Assembly: GCA_048882045.1 (NCBI GenBank)
Contig: JBHLRZ010000033.1
Location: 1 to 38,912 of the forward strand
Direction of reading: 5' to 3'
Length of the DNA: 38,912 nt
From: Candidatus Thorarchaeota archaeon
GTDB taxonomy: Archaea > Asgardarchaeota > Thorarchaeia > Thorarchaeales > Thorarchaeaceae
Positions 8,423 through 17,434 of the stretch are shown here, piece by piece. Positions within the stretch are counted from its first letter, which is position 1; every line of letters starts with the position of its first letter. The notes beneath the pieces are model-generated. The model was not told the origin of the DNA. It worked only from the letters and a program-made list of their open reading frames with translations, and made no database searches. The translations under genes were made by a program, and so were the position numbers.

Positions 8423-9142
8423 CTACCGAGTCCAATGTAGTTCCACGAATGTGAACCCATATAGCATCAGTGAAACAACGCCCCAGTACAGCAGGAACCA
8501 GAGGATATACCTCAGAGGTCTTCCTTTCGCTAAGCGAGGATACTTTTCTAAGAATGCAAAAAGAGAAACCTTTGGGAGAAGAAATGAAGTCCTGTCACAG
8601 TATTCGATGAATTCAGTTCCGAAATTTTTGACAAGTGTTCGCTCTTCAAGATCAGCTGCGACTATCAGCATGAATGCTACAAGTGACCAGGAGAGGATGT
8701 CACCAGGTCTTATTCCAGTCCACCATGTAGAGTAGCTGCTATTGAACAGAGCGAGGGGAAGAAGGAACATGATAATACCAAGATGTTGTGGATGCCGTAC
8801 CCAACGATAGGGCCCCGATGTAACAAGAGGTATAGGATCTGACCTTTTTCGGGTCATTTCGAACAGAGCACGAAGAAAAAGAACCGATCCTGCGAGGAAT
8901 AGTGTTCCCTGCATAATACCTATGATAAGAGCACCTAGCGGACCTGGAGATGGACTCCAAAGACCTCCCCATATCGGACTGAAGGGAAAGATGAACCCAA
9001 TAACAAACCAGGCACTATACCACGCAGGCAGCAACCAAAGCATCGGTGTTATGATACCTGCGATGACGGGGAGGTATGTGAAAGCGGAAGACAGACCTAA
9101 TAATAGACGACCAATGATTTTGTTTCTTTCAATAAGTGTCAT
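8423..9142 (-). CDS. Isoprenylcysteine carboxyl methyltransferase/PEMT-family membrane protein
   Basis: LVTSGPYRWVRHPQHLG, EERTLVKNFG..EYC. Confidence 0.85.
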   Translation of the reverse strand: MTLIERNKIIGRLLLGLSSAFTYLPVIAGIITPMLWLLPAWYSAWFVIGFIFPFSPIWGGLWSPSPGPLGALIIGIMQGTLFLAGSVLFLRALFEMTRKRSDPIPLVTSGPYRWVRHPQHLGIIMFLLPLALFNSSYSTWWTGIRPGDILSWSLVAFMLIVAADLEERTLVKNFGTEFIEYCDRTSFLLPKVSLFAFLEKYPRLAKGRPLRYILWFLLYWGVVSLMLYGFTFVELHWTR

Positions 9143-9153
9143 CCGACCTCACA

Positions 9154-9606
9154 TCAATCAACAGCACTCACACTATTTCGCAAAATGTAAAGTACTATCA
9201 GAAAATGGATTGGTAGGGGAATTGGATAGAGAAGATACTCATACAACATGAAACCAACAATAACAACTGACAAACATTGGAGGACTAGAAGGACCTGTGC
9301 TAGAAGACGCACAGACTCAACGTCTCTCTTGTTTTTGAAGTATTGATAACATGCATAGATGATGTAAAAACCAAACCCTAACCAAATCAGTCCAACGAGT
9401 GATAGAACGAGATGGTACATTGAGAAGAAAGGCGGTATGATAACACTCCAATTCAACCAATTTGTAAAGTCATGTAAATAAATCCATAGAGGGAACAACC
9501 AGTATTGGTTCGTTGTCATAGCTACAGTACTCGTTGTTAAAGTCCCATATGGCAACAGAACATTTGTTGCAGTCAAGATAGCTATCAAACCTTTCTGCTT
9601 CTGCAT
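9154..9606 (-). CDS. Hypothetical membrane protein (family A paralog)
   Basis: FPLWIY, YPIPLP, about 4 TM segments. Confidence 0.7.
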   Translation of the reverse strand: MQKQKGLIAILTATNVLLPYGTLTTSTVAMTTNQYWLFPLWIYLHDFTNWLNWSVIIPPFFSMYHLVLSLVGLIWLGFGFYIIYACYQYFKNKRDVESVRLLAQVLLVLQCLSVVIVGFMLYEYLLYPIPLPIHFLIVLYILRNSVSAVD

Positions 9607-10370
9607 AATGACCCCCAACCAAACGATTCTCGGTTAACATCTTTTGACGGATTCATATCAATATACTGGACTGGATTTTGGACTGTGTATTGAACAACTT
9701 CAGATAGTAAAGTGAGTAATGCAAGGGCGTAAACTCCAATTCCTACGAAAGATCCCCAGAAAACAACTCTAAACAAAGGATCTGGAGAGATATATGCCAA
9801 GTGATGAGGAAATAAGTACAAGACGAAAGACAGTAAGAATATTGAAGCTGCCAATATGATCCGTGTAATCCTCTTTCTCTGGCTTCTTTTCGAACTATCT
9901 TTTCTTCCTTCCAAAAGAAAGAACAGTGATAGTGCCATCATCAGAACTGCTGAGATATCTTCACCCAACAGGATGGCAGTATAGTAGTGTGTTTGATGAA
10001 TAAACTCACTCTGGTCATCGACCTCAGGACCTTCGTAGATAGGCACACCATTAGGCCAACCTACAACAATTCGGTAATAGAACTGATTGGTATCATAGTT
10101 TCGATGTTGTTGCATTGTAAGTGGAAAAGCAGTTGGAGGCATAACTCTGAGTTCTTGGTTTAGTCCCGTTGGTATCTCTATTATAGGAATGCTGCCTGCT
10201 GTGAAGGCAGTAATAGCAATGGCAAGCATCGCTATCGTCGCCATCTCAAATGCTCGTTTGGCGGGCTTGCTATTGAGGCGTTTCCATGCTAGGACACATA
10301 CGATGACTGCGATAATCAACTCCGCCACGACAATAACAAGATTGCGTCTAGTTGCAATATGTGTTACCAT
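9585..10370 (-). CDS. Hypothetical membrane protein (family B paralog, C-terminally extended)
   Basis: FPLTMQQHRN..FYYRI..DQSEFIH. Confidence 0.7.
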   Translation of the reverse strand: MVTHIATRRNLVIVVAELIIAVIVCVLAWKRLNSKPAKRAFEMATIAMLAIAITAFTAGSIPIIEIPTGLNQELRVMPPTAFPLTMQQHRNYDTNQFYYRIVVGWPNGVPIYEGPEVDDQSEFIHQTHYYTAILLGEDISAVLMMALSLFFLLEGRKDSSKRSQRKRITRIILAASIFLLSFVLYLFPHHLAYISPDPLFRVVFWGSFVGIGVYALALLTLLSEVVQYTVQNPVQYIDMNPSKDVNRESFGWGSLCRSRKV

Positions 10371-10417
10371 TGTAAAAGGATTGTATCTAACTTTTATTCT
10401 CAATCATTTGGAGATTA

Positions 10418-10921
10418 TCATGGCATAAGTGAAACTTCAAATCTGGTTTCAAAAACTGCTGAACTGTTATCCAGATCGGTGAATCGAATTGCCCATACAT
10501 ATTGACCGACAAGACCCACACCTAAGTATCCAGTGGAGTATCCCGTGCCTATTGGACCCCAGCCAGCACCACCGCAATATCCGTCAAATGATCCGATTTT
10601 CTCATTATCATTGAGGGACATGAAACTGGTCAATGACATGCGCGCAAATCCGAAATCTAGCCTTATGTTGTCCTCGTTGTTGTTGTGGCTGAATAAGTAA
10701 CCCTCAACGCCAATACCACAATCTTCACGACTATCGTCAATCAAGAAAGTCCTAGCATACCATTCCCCGCTATTCAAGCTGATGCTCTCCCCAGGACTTG
10801 AGTAGATGACCTCTGGTTGCTCTGGATATGGAATGGGAGGCATGAAGATGTAAGGACCTGTGAGTATCAGGATTATCACTATGATGAAAGCAATGAATAG
10901 CAGACCTCGTCTTATCTGCAT
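10418..10921 (-). CDS. Hypothetical membrane-anchored exported protein
   Basis: MQIRRG plus N-terminal TM helix, then a beta-rich domain. Confidence 0.65.
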   Translation of the reverse strand: MQIRRGLLFIAFIIVIILILTGPYIFMPPIPYPEQPEVIYSSPGESISLNSGEWYARTFLIDDSREDCGIGVEGYLFSHNNNEDNIRLDFGFARMSLTSFMSLNDNEKIGSFDGYCGGAGWGPIGTGYSTGYLGVGLVGQYVWAIRFTDLDNSSAVFETRFEVSLMP

Positions 10922-11074
10922 GTTTCTCCCACCAAGTTTAATCCTCAAAGGTTTCCAGTTGACAATTAGCTCTCGAAACTTATCTACTCTTGGGAGAGGA
11001 AATCCAGCGTAATAGAAAGGATTCTTTATGATGGAGTGTATCCAATTTCTCAATAGTTGATGCTGGAATGTCAA

Positions 11075-11668
11075 ATGAAGAGGGTAAAGATAGCGATATT
11101 TGTCGTCATCGCCATTCTACTCATCTCCATGACAATATACGATTTCATCCCATACCAAGACAGCGCCCGTATTTCGCAACAGGGTTCGACATCGCGATCA
11201 TATGACCTTGTCTTTAACTCGACGACATCAAGCATTGAAATGTGGATTGATCCGGTCATTGACATCCAAGATCCGTTCTCCAATACAAACAGCACCTATC
11301 TTCTTTCCTATGAGGTCAATATCTCAGTTCTTGTGGAATCCAGTCAAGAGGTGATCTATGCATTTTCTGGTATGACTGCTGGTGTCAACCGTATTTTGAC
11401 CAATATGACTCATGTCTTCAAAGATGTGCGACTGAATGGAAACCGACAGTGGTGCTTGTTCCTAAAGCCTGGGAATACGACCGAAGTTAACTTTGTCTTT
11501 TCATACATAGCTGACTATACAGTGGAAATTCTCTACAATTTACAACCCAAGACTTATGCATGGGCTTCTGTCCTGTCATTCCTTTCAATGAGGGGGATTA
11601 TCTTGGTTGGTGTCATCCTTTTCTCAGCAGTATTGATCTTTGCCGGTATCAAGTTGGCAAGTGATTAA
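11075..11668 (+). CDS. Hypothetical surface protein (family C paralog)
   Basis: MKRVKI, GSTSRSYDLVFNST, DIQDPF, PKTYAW. Confidence 0.78.
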   Translation: MKRVKIAIFVVIAILLISMTIYDFIPYQDSARISQQGSTSRSYDLVFNSTTSSIEMWIDPVIDIQDPFSNTNSTYLLSYEVNISVLVESSQEVIYAFSGMTAGVNRILTNMTHVFKDVRLNGNRQWCLFLKPGNTTEVNFVFSYIADYTVEILYNLQPKTYAWASVLSFLSMRGIILVGVILFSAVLIFAGIKLASD

Positions 11669-11732
11669 GTTTGAATAGAGATGCATTGATAACCTCTTAC
11701 AACCATATTCAGTTTAGGGATATCGCAAGAAA

Positions 11733-11972
11733 TTGGAATGGAGAGAAAAAATAATGGGAAGATCTGGCGTTGCAGCTGGTGTTCTGACATTCCTAGTAGG
11801 ACTAGTACTGGTAGTTGATGATTTACACGACTTTGTGTCGGTTCCTGATTTCTTTCACTTTCTACCAGATTTCGACCCGTACATCATTATGGGATTTCAT
11901 CTACACCATCTCTACTTAGGTATCGTAATCATGCTTATTGGACTGTACGTAGCCATGAAGTACGATGAGTGA
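11733..11972 (+). CDS. Small two-TM membrane protein
   Basis: Two hydrophobic helices; DDLHDF and FHLHHLYLG motifs. Confidence 0.65.
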   Translation: MEWREKIMGRSGVAAGVLTFLVGLVLVVDDLHDFVSVPDFFHFLPDFDPYIIMGFHLHHLYLGIVIMLIGLYVAMKYDE

Positions 11973-11981
11973 GACTGATAC

Positions 11982-12386
11982 CTACTCCTCACTCTTGACT
12001 CGAGGTTCAGCTACGACCTGTATAGGATTCCCTTCGGGATCCTTCAGGTTGAAGTAGGACACCATATCAGGTATGTCAGTGATATCTGTAGTTTCTATCC
12101 CCTTTCCTTCGAAGTAGGTCTTACATGCATCCAGGTCCTCTACATCCATGGTAAGAGTACCAGAGCCTTGACGGTGCTCTCCTTCGCGTATTAGATTGAT
12201 ACCTAGTCTCGCACCCTCTGCAGGGAGTGCGAACTCAGCCCAACCGACCTCGGCTCCACCATCCCATTTGATCTCGAAGCCCATGATATCAGAGTAGAAC
12301 TTCTTAGCTCGGTCAAAGTCCTTCACCTGATACTGGAAGTACACAGACCCTTTCTTGTAAGGCATAGGCCATTTCTTGTCGCTCAT
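11982..12386 (-). CDS. VOC/glyoxalase-family protein
   Basis: VKDFDRAKKFYSDIMG, FNLKDPEGNPIQV. Confidence 0.9.
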   Translation of the reverse strand: MSDKKWPMPYKKGSVYFQYQVKDFDRAKKFYSDIMGFEIKWDGGAEVGWAEFALPAEGARLGINLIREGEHRQGSGTLTMDVEDLDACKTYFEGKGIETTDITDIPDMVSYFNLKDPEGNPIQVVAEPRVKSEE

Positions 12387-12496
12387 TGCAACCACAGCCC
12401 ATCTTACCCACACTATGATTTAACTATTGTGAATTATGATGGTGTATGAGGGTTTGACGGTCAACAATATTTTGACCTTCCTCAGAACGCCATAAA

Positions 12497-13426
12497 TCAG
12501 GATAGTGCTCCGAGAACAAGGAGAGGAAACAGAATGGTTGCATCACCAATGACCGTTTCAAAGTTCGCCTCAATCTGCATTTTCTGCCAAGAAACACCTT
12601 CCACGAGTGGGGCACCTCCCAGACTACCTCCCTCAGGGCGATCGAGGGTAATCTGGACAGCCATATCTAGACCTCCCCGTAGAATCGTAGAACCCATGGT
12701 GAAGTGTTTCGTGAGACCTCCCCCGAGCATTATGGCTCCCGTCTTCTTCTGATTCGTGATGATTTCTCCGAGGATTCTAAGGTCTTTAACAAAATCGAGT
12801 GCCAGTTTCTTGGTCGTACTGTACGTATATAGATGGAAACCAAGCATGGAGTCCATTAGACCTGGGGAGAAGATGGGTACACCTTTGGCAGCAGCCTGTT
12901 TCACAATTGAGTTGGAATCGTTGATAGTTTGGCCCAGAGCTGTGAGGAATTCACTCGGTGCCAGGGTCGTGAGTTTCGCTTCTGAAAGGGAGTCAAGAAA
13001 AGCATAGATCCCTTTCTCGAAGAGCTCAAAGTCTTTCTCGTGTACGAAGAGGTCAGCGATTCGACCCATACCTCCCTCCCTAAGCTCATAGTCATCCTTT
13101 GCGGGTGGCACGCGATAGTGGCAACCACCATAAGCCTCTACAAGATCATGGACAATGTTGGCCCCACTTGTGACGATTGCATCTATATGCCCTTCTTGCA
13201 CAAGATGACTCACAATGTTTCGGAGACCCCCTGGAACCATTGGTCCCGACATTGAGAGAAATGTGAAGCAATCTGATTCTTTGAACATCCTTCTGGTGAT
13301 TTCTGTAGCACGTCCAAGCCGGCCTGCTCCAAGCACTCCAACACTTGACATAGCTTCTACAAACTCAGAGATGTTTGTTGTTCTCTTCGGATCTAGATGT
13401 ATGACCTTGTCCAACACAGCCACCAA
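12497..13426 (-). CDS. dys: Deoxyhypusine synthase
   Basis: SGPMVPGGLR, TSGANIVHD, GGGLTKH, EGVSWQK (catalytic Lys), GDATI. Confidence 0.92.
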   Translation of the reverse strand: MVAVLDKVIHLDPKRTTNISEFVEAMSSVGVLGAGRLGRATEITRRMFKESDCFTFLSMSGPMVPGGLRNIVSHLVQEGHIDAIVTSGANIVHDLVEAYGGCHYRVPPAKDDYELREGGMGRIADLFVHEKDFELFEKGIYAFLDSLSEAKLTTLAPSEFLTALGQTINDSNSIVKQAAAKGVPIFSPGLMDSMLGFHLYTYSTTKKLALDFVKDLRILGEIITNQKKTGAIMLGGGLTKHFTMGSTILRGGLDMAVQITLDRPEGGSLGGAPLVEGVSWQKMQIEANFETVIGDATILFPLLVLGALS

Positions 13427-13464
13427 CAGCGAACGTTTTGTGATTAATGATAAGTCATTCTATT

Positions 13465-13635
13465 GAGAAAAAGAGTAGAGGCGAGTCCAGGTCAATTCCG
13501 GGAGGGCAGGACCAAGACTCGCGAAACCACAATAGATTCGAGATTTTACGGTACTCGAAAAGGATTCAGCCTTCCCTTGTGAAGACATCTGATTTGGAGT
13601 ACATTCACCGAGTGGGGAGATTCCCGAAAGTAATT
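13465..13635. ncRNA. Candidate structured intergenic RNA of unknown class
   Basis: Several stems: GCGAGTC/GACTCGC enclosing GGTC/GACC, TTCGAG/CTCGAA, GCCTTC/GAAGAC; U-rich run on the minus strand at about 13465. Confidence 0.35.
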
Positions 13636-13684
13636 TTTTAGCGCACTTCAATACGTTTAAACGAAGAGTACCGTCGAATGAGCC

Positions 13685-14320
13685 ATGCAGCTGTCAGTCT
13701 ATAGCATGTTAACGTTCATCATATTCCTCCAGGCAGTAATCCTACAGTCTGTCTGGTTGATGATTGGACGTCGTGCTAGAGACAAGTATCTCTATGATAT
13801 CATGCATTTTAGAAGACCTACATCTTCGTTGTCAAGATACTATCAATGGAGAGTCACAAATTACGGGAATGCCATACTGGAAGGTATAGCGTTTCAGTTC
13901 ATCTTGGTCGGATCACTAGTCATTGTATCAGTCTTGATCGCAGATCTCTCCTTGCTATTGGACTCTTCTCTCTTCGTTCTATTCGTGATGATTCTCTCGT
14001 TCATCAGCTCAATGCAAATGGCTTGGCGTGTGAGAGAAATCAACATTCAGGAGAGGAGTATTATCACTGGGGTTGGTTCCTCAGTTGACAAATTTGGGAT
14101 TGCAAAGGATATTGTTGACAACCTCTTCATGCAAGGTTCAATGGGTGATGGAAGAATCTGGTTTGCTCTGTACAGAATAGCTCAGGAGTCCAATCCTGTT
14201 GGGTACATAGTTAGGGATGTATTGATAGAGAAGAACAGAGAGGTCGCAGAATCTGGAAAATACGTCAAAACAGATACTGGAAATGCAACTACTGAAGCGG
14301 GACCAGGGATTGAATCCTGA
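13685..14320 (+). CDS. Hypothetical membrane protein
   Basis: Three TM segments; TTTAAA box about 25 nt upstream (leaderless). Confidence 0.75.
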   Translation: MQLSVYSMLTFIIFLQAVILQSVWLMIGRRARDKYLYDIMHFRRPTSSLSRYYQWRVTNYGNAILEGIAFQFILVGSLVIVSVLIADLSLLLDSSLFVLFVMILSFISSMQMAWRVREINIQERSIITGVGSSVDKFGIAKDIVDNLFMQGSMGDGRIWFALYRIAQESNPVGYIVRDVLIEKNREVAESGKYVKTDTGNATTEAGPGIES

Positions 14321-14399
14321 TTACAATCGAGTCTATTCAGTAACTCTTATATCCGAATCCTAAGGGCGTTGACGAGAACTCCCAGAGGAGGAACTCCGC

Positions 14400-14684
14400 A
14401 TGTCAAAGAAAGATGTTCTGAAAGGCCGAAAGGGCGTAGTCACAAGCTATCGTAGAGGAAAACACCTACAACATCCAAATCAGGTGATATTGCTTTTCGA
14501 TGGGATTAAGACACGAGCGGAGGCGGCAGCATTAGTCAGTCGAAAGGTTGTCTGGACATCGCCAGAGGAAAGGGAGTTTCTGGGAAAGGTCCTTGGAGTA
14601 CATGGAAATAGTGGAGCTGTTCGTGCAAAGTTCCGTACAAATCTCCCAGGACAGGCAGTCGGAACACCTGTAGTTCTGATGTAG
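14400..14684 (+). CDS. rpl35ae: 50S ribosomal protein eL33 (L35Ae)
   Basis: SYRRGKHLQ, HGNSGAVRAKFRTNLPGQAVG. Confidence 0.96.
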   Translation: MSKKDVLKGRKGVVTSYRRGKHLQHPNQVILLFDGIKTRAEAAALVSRKVVWTSPEEREFLGKVLGVHGNSGAVRAKFRTNLPGQAVGTPVVLM

Positions 14685-14725
14685 ACAATCACCAAGTTTT
14701 ATCAAGACATCAATGGATGCCTCAA

Positions 14726-14799
14726 TGGCTCCGATGATGTTATTGGCTATCTGAGGACAGAAATGTCCAGCGACGAGTCATAGTTAGACTGAGGAGCCA
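14726..14799 (+). ncRNA. Box C/D 2'-O-methylation guide sRNA (23S H69/H70 region)
   Basis: Terminal stem TGGCTCC/GGAGCCA, C box ATGATGT, D' CTGA (14751), C' GCGACGA, D CTGA (14789); D guide GAGTCATAGTTA is antisense to UAACUAUGACUC. Confidence 0.85.
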
Positions 14800-14818
14800 C
14801 TTTGCCTGAATACTCGGG

Positions 14819-15379
14819 ATGGAGGTAGAGATGATAGAGTGGATTGTCTACTATTTGGCCTACTTAGGAGCTGGAGTTACTCTTAAGATGGGTGATGATC
14901 TGCTTGACGAGCTCGATAGACCTCAGTTGGCATGGTATCCTCTCGCAATTTCTGGGGTACTTTTCGGATATCTCATGACAATTTCAGAGTGGGATTTGGT
15001 GCTCCTCACGAGTATAGTGATTGCAGTCCTAGCATCTGGAAAAGTAAACAGACCCCAATTCATCGTTGGTTTTGTTCTGATTTTTGCCACACTTGCGTTA
15101 CTTGGAGTTCCCCTATCTACTGACTGGCTAAGCTGGACTACACTACTGATCATTCTATTTCTAGCAGCAGTTCTTGACGAAAAGGGAAATGATTGGGTAG
15201 ACAAGGAATATTCACCAAGAGCCTATGGTTTCTTCAAATACAGGTTTACTCTGAAACTTGTGGCTCTGGCTCTAGTGATTCCCTGGCCACTGTTTCTTCC
15301 AACAGGCATAGGACTCTGGGTGTTTGATTTTGGATATGAAACATCAGGGTGGTTGGTGAGAAAGCAGTTTACAACATAG
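14819..15379 (+). CDS. Conserved archaeal hypothetical membrane protein
   Basis: Multiple TMs; KMGDDLLDE, GKVN, LDEKGND motifs. Confidence 0.75.
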   Translation: MEVEMIEWIVYYLAYLGAGVTLKMGDDLLDELDRPQLAWYPLAISGVLFGYLMTISEWDLVLLTSIVIAVLASGKVNRPQFIVGFVLIFATLALLGVPLSTDWLSWTTLLIILFLAAVLDEKGNDWVDKEYSPRAYGFFKYRFTLKLVALALVIPWPLFLPTGIGLWVFDFGYETSGWLVRKQFTT

Positions 15380-16376
15380 ATTTGTACGCAAGGCTACAGC
15401 AGACATCCAAAAAGACTGGTTCCAGACCCAAACTCCTTGCGTAGTCAACACCATCCTGACTGATCAATGCTATGCCATTTGTTCCACTACGGATTGCAAA
15501 CTTGTCTGTATCGATTTTGTGTTGGCCCATAGGACGCGCACACCCAAGAAGGGACGGGATTTTCCTCATTCCCAATCTGGCAATGGTCAAGATTCGTCCG
15601 ATGTCTTCTGGCGAAGGTGGTACTACATCTTCCATGGCAGTCTTTCGAATTGGACTCAGAGCAATGATGACGATTGCAGCTGGAGACCCCTGTGCTATCA
15701 TCTCCAAGGCTTCAAGCTCTCCTCCAAGTCTACCATAGTCAAGTCCAACCAGAACATGTGGGACAGTAGGAATCCCGAGAGATTCGAGAATGTCAAGTGA
15801 TTCGCGCATCCTTTCAGGACCATTCTCGATGTGGTACACTTCTCGTGAAACTCTTTCATCACCAATGATGTCGAGCATGGCAGCGTCTATCTTGGCTTCA
15901 GCCAGTAATTGCGCTGTCTTTTCGCTCACAAGTCCTGTATGGATTACAACTTCAAGTCTAAGGTCAGTCTTCACTTGTTTAATGGCTTCTCCAAATCGTT
16001 CTAGAGGAACATAACCATCCGAATCTGATCCCCCACTGATCAGTACCCCTTCTCCACCACTATCCTTAATCTGTTTGCACCTGTCAAATAGGGACTCAGG
16101 CGTTATTGCAGATTCCATTCCCTTAAGGAGTTGTCCGTTACAGTGTTCACAGTTCAATGAACATGCAGTACCAGTAACACTGAGGGAAACGAAGTTGTCA
16201 GGACTTGCTTGTTTGTGGTCATGTATCTTGTATGGATATGCTGTCGGACTGTAGCATAGAAGCTCGTTTCCAAATACATTAAGGCGTTCATTAAAGCTCT
16301 GATTCATCCACTCCTTTAAGTCACTAGATGACGAATTTAGGAGGGCTTTACCTTCTGTGAGGAAATCAAAGCTCAA
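15369..16376 (-). CDS. Radical SAM protein (biotin synthase-related, uncharacterised)
   Basis: CSLNCEHC, GVLISGG, LGCARP, C-terminal CCS. Confidence 0.9.
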   Translation of the reverse strand: MSFDFLTEGKALLNSSSSDLKEWMNQSFNERLNVFGNELLCYSPTAYPYKIHDHKQASPDNFVSLSVTGTACSLNCEHCNGQLLKGMESAITPESLFDRCKQIKDSGGEGVLISGGSDSDGYVPLERFGEAIKQVKTDLRLEVVIHTGLVSEKTAQLLAEAKIDAAMLDIIGDERVSREVYHIENGPERMRESLDILESLGIPTVPHVLVGLDYGRLGGELEALEMIAQGSPAAIVIIALSPIRKTAMEDVVPPSPEDIGRILTIARLGMRKIPSLLGCARPMGQHKIDTDKFAIRSGTNGIALISQDGVDYARSLGLEPVFLDVCCSLAYKSML

Positions 16377-16498
16377 TTATCTGCCTCAGATAAATCCAGG
16401 CATCTCCTGCTTTTAGCATTATCATCGGGACTGAGATGAGCAATAAGTGCTAAATGGGCTACGGGATACCAGTTCAGCATCGACAGGATGTGAGAGGT

Positions 16499-16645
16499 GT
16501 GACTCTAGTACGAACCGAATCCATCAACCTGTTCTTTGAAACTAAAAGTGTGGCAATCTATGGAGCTTCTGCAAAGGCTCTAGCACAACATGGTGAGATC
16601 AAAGATGGAGGCAAGTTCAACAAGACAGTGGAGTCTGACAAATAA
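16499..16645 (+). pseudogene. Internally deleted ADP-forming acyl-CoA synthetase alpha subunit remnant
   Basis: SINLFFETKSVAIYGAS (alpha-subunit N-terminal motif) joined directly to AKALAQHGEIK; located upstream of the beta subunit. Confidence 0.7.
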
Positions 16646-16693
16646 TTAAAAGGTGGACACTTCTGCAACAAACGAGAGAGGTCTGTATCTGAG

Positions 16694-17434
16694 ATGAAAG
16701 ATGCCAAGAAGATTTTCAAAACCGCCCTTGAGGAGGGTAGGACGTTCGTCCTAGAACATGAAGCAAAGGACATAATGAAAGCATACGGTATCCCAATTCC
16801 TGCATATGCAACAGCAAGTTCAGCTGATGATGCCATTGCTAAGTCGAAGGAGATTGGGTTCCCAGTAGTGCTGAAGATTCTCTCTAAAGACATCTTACAT
16901 AAATCAGATGCTGGGGGAGTGAAGATCAACCTCAAGGATGAGGACTCTGTACGTAGGGCGTTCGATGAGATCATGGAGAACGCAAAGAAGTACGGGAATG
17001 AACATGGAATAGAGGTAGACCTCAGTAAGGGCGTATTCATCTCAGACTTCGCAGACATGGGAACCGAAATCATCATAGGAGTGACAAAGGACCCACAGTT
17101 TGGACATGCGCTAATGGCAGGACTGGGAGGGATATTTGTTGAGGTCCTCAAAGATGTGTCATTCAGATTGATACCATTCACTGAGGCAGATGCAAGAGAG
17201 ATGCTTGGTGAACTCAAGGCGTATAAGATACTTGAAGGAATTCGAGGGGAAGCACCTCGGGATGTGGATGCTCTGGTCAAAGTCATGTTGGCTGTATCAA
17301 AGATGATAGAGGAGAATCCAGAGATTACTGAACTTGACTGTAATCCAACATTCGTTTATGAGAAAGGCAAAGGCGTGTTGGTCGTTGATGCAAGGATACT
17401 GATTGACACTCCTGACTCAGACGCTAGCCACTAA
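16694..17434 (+). CDS. acdB: ADP-forming acetate/acyl-CoA ligase beta subunit (ATP-grasp)
   Basis: GFPVVLKILS..HKSDAGGV, DPQFG, GLGGIFVEVLKDVSFR, ELDCNP, VDARI. Confidence 0.93.
   Translation: MKDAKKIFKTALEEGRTFVLEHEAKDIMKAYGIPIPAYATASSADDAIAKSKEIGFPVVLKILSKDILHKSDAGGVKINLKDEDSVRRAFDEIMENAKKYGNEHGIEVDLSKGVFISDFADMGTEIIIGVTKDPQFGHALMAGLGGIFVEVLKDVSFRLIPFTEADAREMLGELKAYKILEGIRGEAPRDVDALVKVMLAVSKMIEENPEITELDCNPTFVYEKGKGVLVVDARILIDTPDSDASH

Noticed and set aside
11014-11041. GAAAGGATT(ctttatg)ATGGAGTGTAT as a further motif copy
   Set aside because: Needs a 7-nt insertion plus mismatches; could be chance.
12417-12444. dif-like site GATTTAACTAT-TGTGAA-TTATGATGGTG at the right edge of the accessory island
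   Set aside because: The left arm is equally explained as the TATA box of the VOC gene, and the right arm shares only TTATG with the boundary motif. Too weak to count.
13480-13514. tRNA-like 3' end (GGTCAATTCCGGG...ACCA)
   Set aside because: The T-loop is malformed and there is no acceptor or anticodon arm; it folds better as a simple hairpin.
16558-17286. 242-aa minus-strand ORF, and similar shadow ORFs such as 35916-36581 and 24780-25265
   Set aside because: They are antisense to well-supported genes and have no motifs.
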